Source: Saccostrea echinata (lineage: Eukaryota). From it: a stretch of 64,000 nt of DNA. Location of the stretch: the NCBI RefSeq assembly GCF_033153115.1, contig NW_026889801.1, positions 4,278,001 to 4,342,000 on the forward strand. The letters run 5' to 3'. Made by a program: the position numbers and the translations under genes. Below, one piece after another: positions 62,257 through 64,000 of the stretch; position 1 is the first letter of the stretch; the number at the start of each line of letters is the position of its first letter. The notes under the pieces are model-generated. The model did no database searches and had not been told where the DNA came from. It saw only the letters and a program-made list of their open reading frames with translations.

Positions 62257-63287
62257 CGCAGCACAGTTAAGGCTGCAGTAAGGAGGCGGGGCCTAATTTT
62301 TACGGGAAATGCTTACTATGACATCACACAAATGTATATGTTCTTCAAATTACCAGAAAATAAAATGATTTGCTATTTTAAACTGTTGGATAGCTTTAAA
62401 CTACACTAATACTTACTATTGCATGTATTTTTGTCGTTGGTTTAATCCCACAGAGCAATATATAAACAATTCACTGATCGCAATGCACTTGTCAATGTGA
62501 CGTCATATCGCAAAATTTGACGCAGTTTGTATGCAGAGAGAGGCGGATCAAGTTATATTTTATACAATGAAAAATGTATTTTGTAAGTAAATAAAATATA
62601 TTTGCAGATATATGAGAGGCCATTAACTTGAATGCGATGTATATTTTATGATTTTAATCATATACTTCCCGTACATTTCCTATACAAGCGATACTGCCGT
62701 ATATTTGTATGCAGATTCATTGAAGGGTAACAGAAGGGTCGTAATAAATCGATATATTGCAAGGGCATACCCTCAATGAATTATGACAAGCTTTTACACA
62801 TAAACCCAAGAGGTATGAAGATATTTGAAAAGTGCTGCGAACCTGATGAAATCTTGCAAATGAATCAATTATATCTATATTTAATGTACTTGACCAGCAA
62901 ATTATTCAGCATACGGTCTAACAAACGTAATTTTAGCAGTCATATAGTAGAATATATATAGGTTCGCAGCACTTTTCACAAACTACAAAGAGTGTTGAAA
63001 ATAATTATAAATTAAACTTAGATTTTCAACGTGGTTATGCCCTTGCAATATTGGAATTTATAGATGACCTCAATACTGCAGGTATATTTGCTAAAATCAC
63101 GTGACTGCCACATTACGTCACGAGTCTATGTAAGAAATCTAATCGTCCCCAACATGTAGTTTTCAACCACATTACATTTGTCTGATAATAGTTAAGTCCT
63201 AAAAAGAATTGCCCATCCTTGAAAAGAATGTATTTTCTATATAAAAAAATCGCCGATATTTCCATTTGTCACCTTAACTGTACTGCG
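62257..63287. mobile_element. CGCAG-ended non-autonomous DNA element with a 2-bp TSD, second, diverged member
   Basis: TIR CGCAGCACAGTTAAGG / CCTTAACTGTACTGCG, TSD TT. Empty site GTACTTGTATAGAAG at ~55900. Confidence 0.85.
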
Positions 63288-64000
63288 TTATAGAAGATAT
63301 CTGTATAAGCTTGATCCAATGCCTGTAGTACATCAGCCACATGTAGTAACTATTAGCATCTATTTGTGTATACCAAAATAGATGCCTTTATTTTACGAGA
63401 AAAGTATATGTGCAGGGTCCTATATACTAGTATATAGGTCCCTTGTACGTTGGCTTTTAAGAGTCGGGCTTGGATGACACAGCAAGTGTTGTCTTTATAA
63501 AGGGTCGGGTTTGTTCTTCACATTCCTTTCTGCCGAACTTTTCAAAGGTAAAGACGCATATCAAAAGCTTGCAAAGAATACATCTAATTTTTGCTTTGTA
63601 ATTTTAAAAAATCGTATAATTTTCCATTTATGAATTATTTTTCAACCATTTTAAAGCTTTTATTACTGTTGATGTTTATTAAATAAGGCGGATGATGTTG
63701 GATTCAAATTTTTACGAAGCAGACGACGCACATGCGGTTATGCAAAAAAAATAATTAATTTACCTTTGTATTGTTATTGAATGATCAAATATTGGTTATC
63801 AACATTAATTATTGTCTTTTTGTTTCATACCGCGTCGAAATCGGAAAATGCAAACCCAGAATAGGGGAACAACAATATGGAAACTCGGTCGGACCTTTTT
63901 GTGGACACAGTGAGGATGGGCCCCAATATAAGTCAAAGAAAAGAATCGCAAATAGTCTGTGAACCAGTTGGAAAACCAGACATTGAATATATGTGTCATC

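Overview
AT-rich eukaryotic DNA, most likely from an oyster or related bivalve. This is inferred from the C1qDC gene, the Cg170-like satellite inside a Helentron-type element and the tRNA-SINE families. Organisation: (1) 1-3.9 kb: a SINE, a 1474-bp solo LTR with a 4-bp TSD, and an EGF pseudo-exon. (2) 3890-33841: a head-to-tail duplication (3890-20800 and 20809-33841). Each copy carries an intact two-exon secreted coiled-coil/C1q-domain gene (351 aa), a decayed two-ORF PIF/Harbinger-group (Pangu-type) transposon, a CACA-ended element containing a tRNA-like cassette, and Penelope-like fragments. Copy 1 alone also has a Helentron-type and a Kolobok-type insertion. (3) 34-42 kb: Crypton-like palindromic elements, a 5' fragment of a Penelope-like element with an extra upstream ORF, and a hammerhead ribozyme motif. 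(4) 42-63.3 kb: a tandem array of small EGF-like (MEGF/SCARF-type) genes, one apparently open and the others pseudogenised. It is interleaved with two copies of a truncated DIRS-type retrotransposon, SINEs, HINEs, a long-TIR element with an 8-bp TSD and two CGCAG-ended elements. The most unusual signals are an array of at least 8 stem-loops with a shared G-[TNAWT]-Y pentaloop in the LTR, and covarying nested internal inverted repeats in the CGCAG elements. All alignments, translations and base-pairings were done by eye; no database searches were run. The window contains five N gaps.
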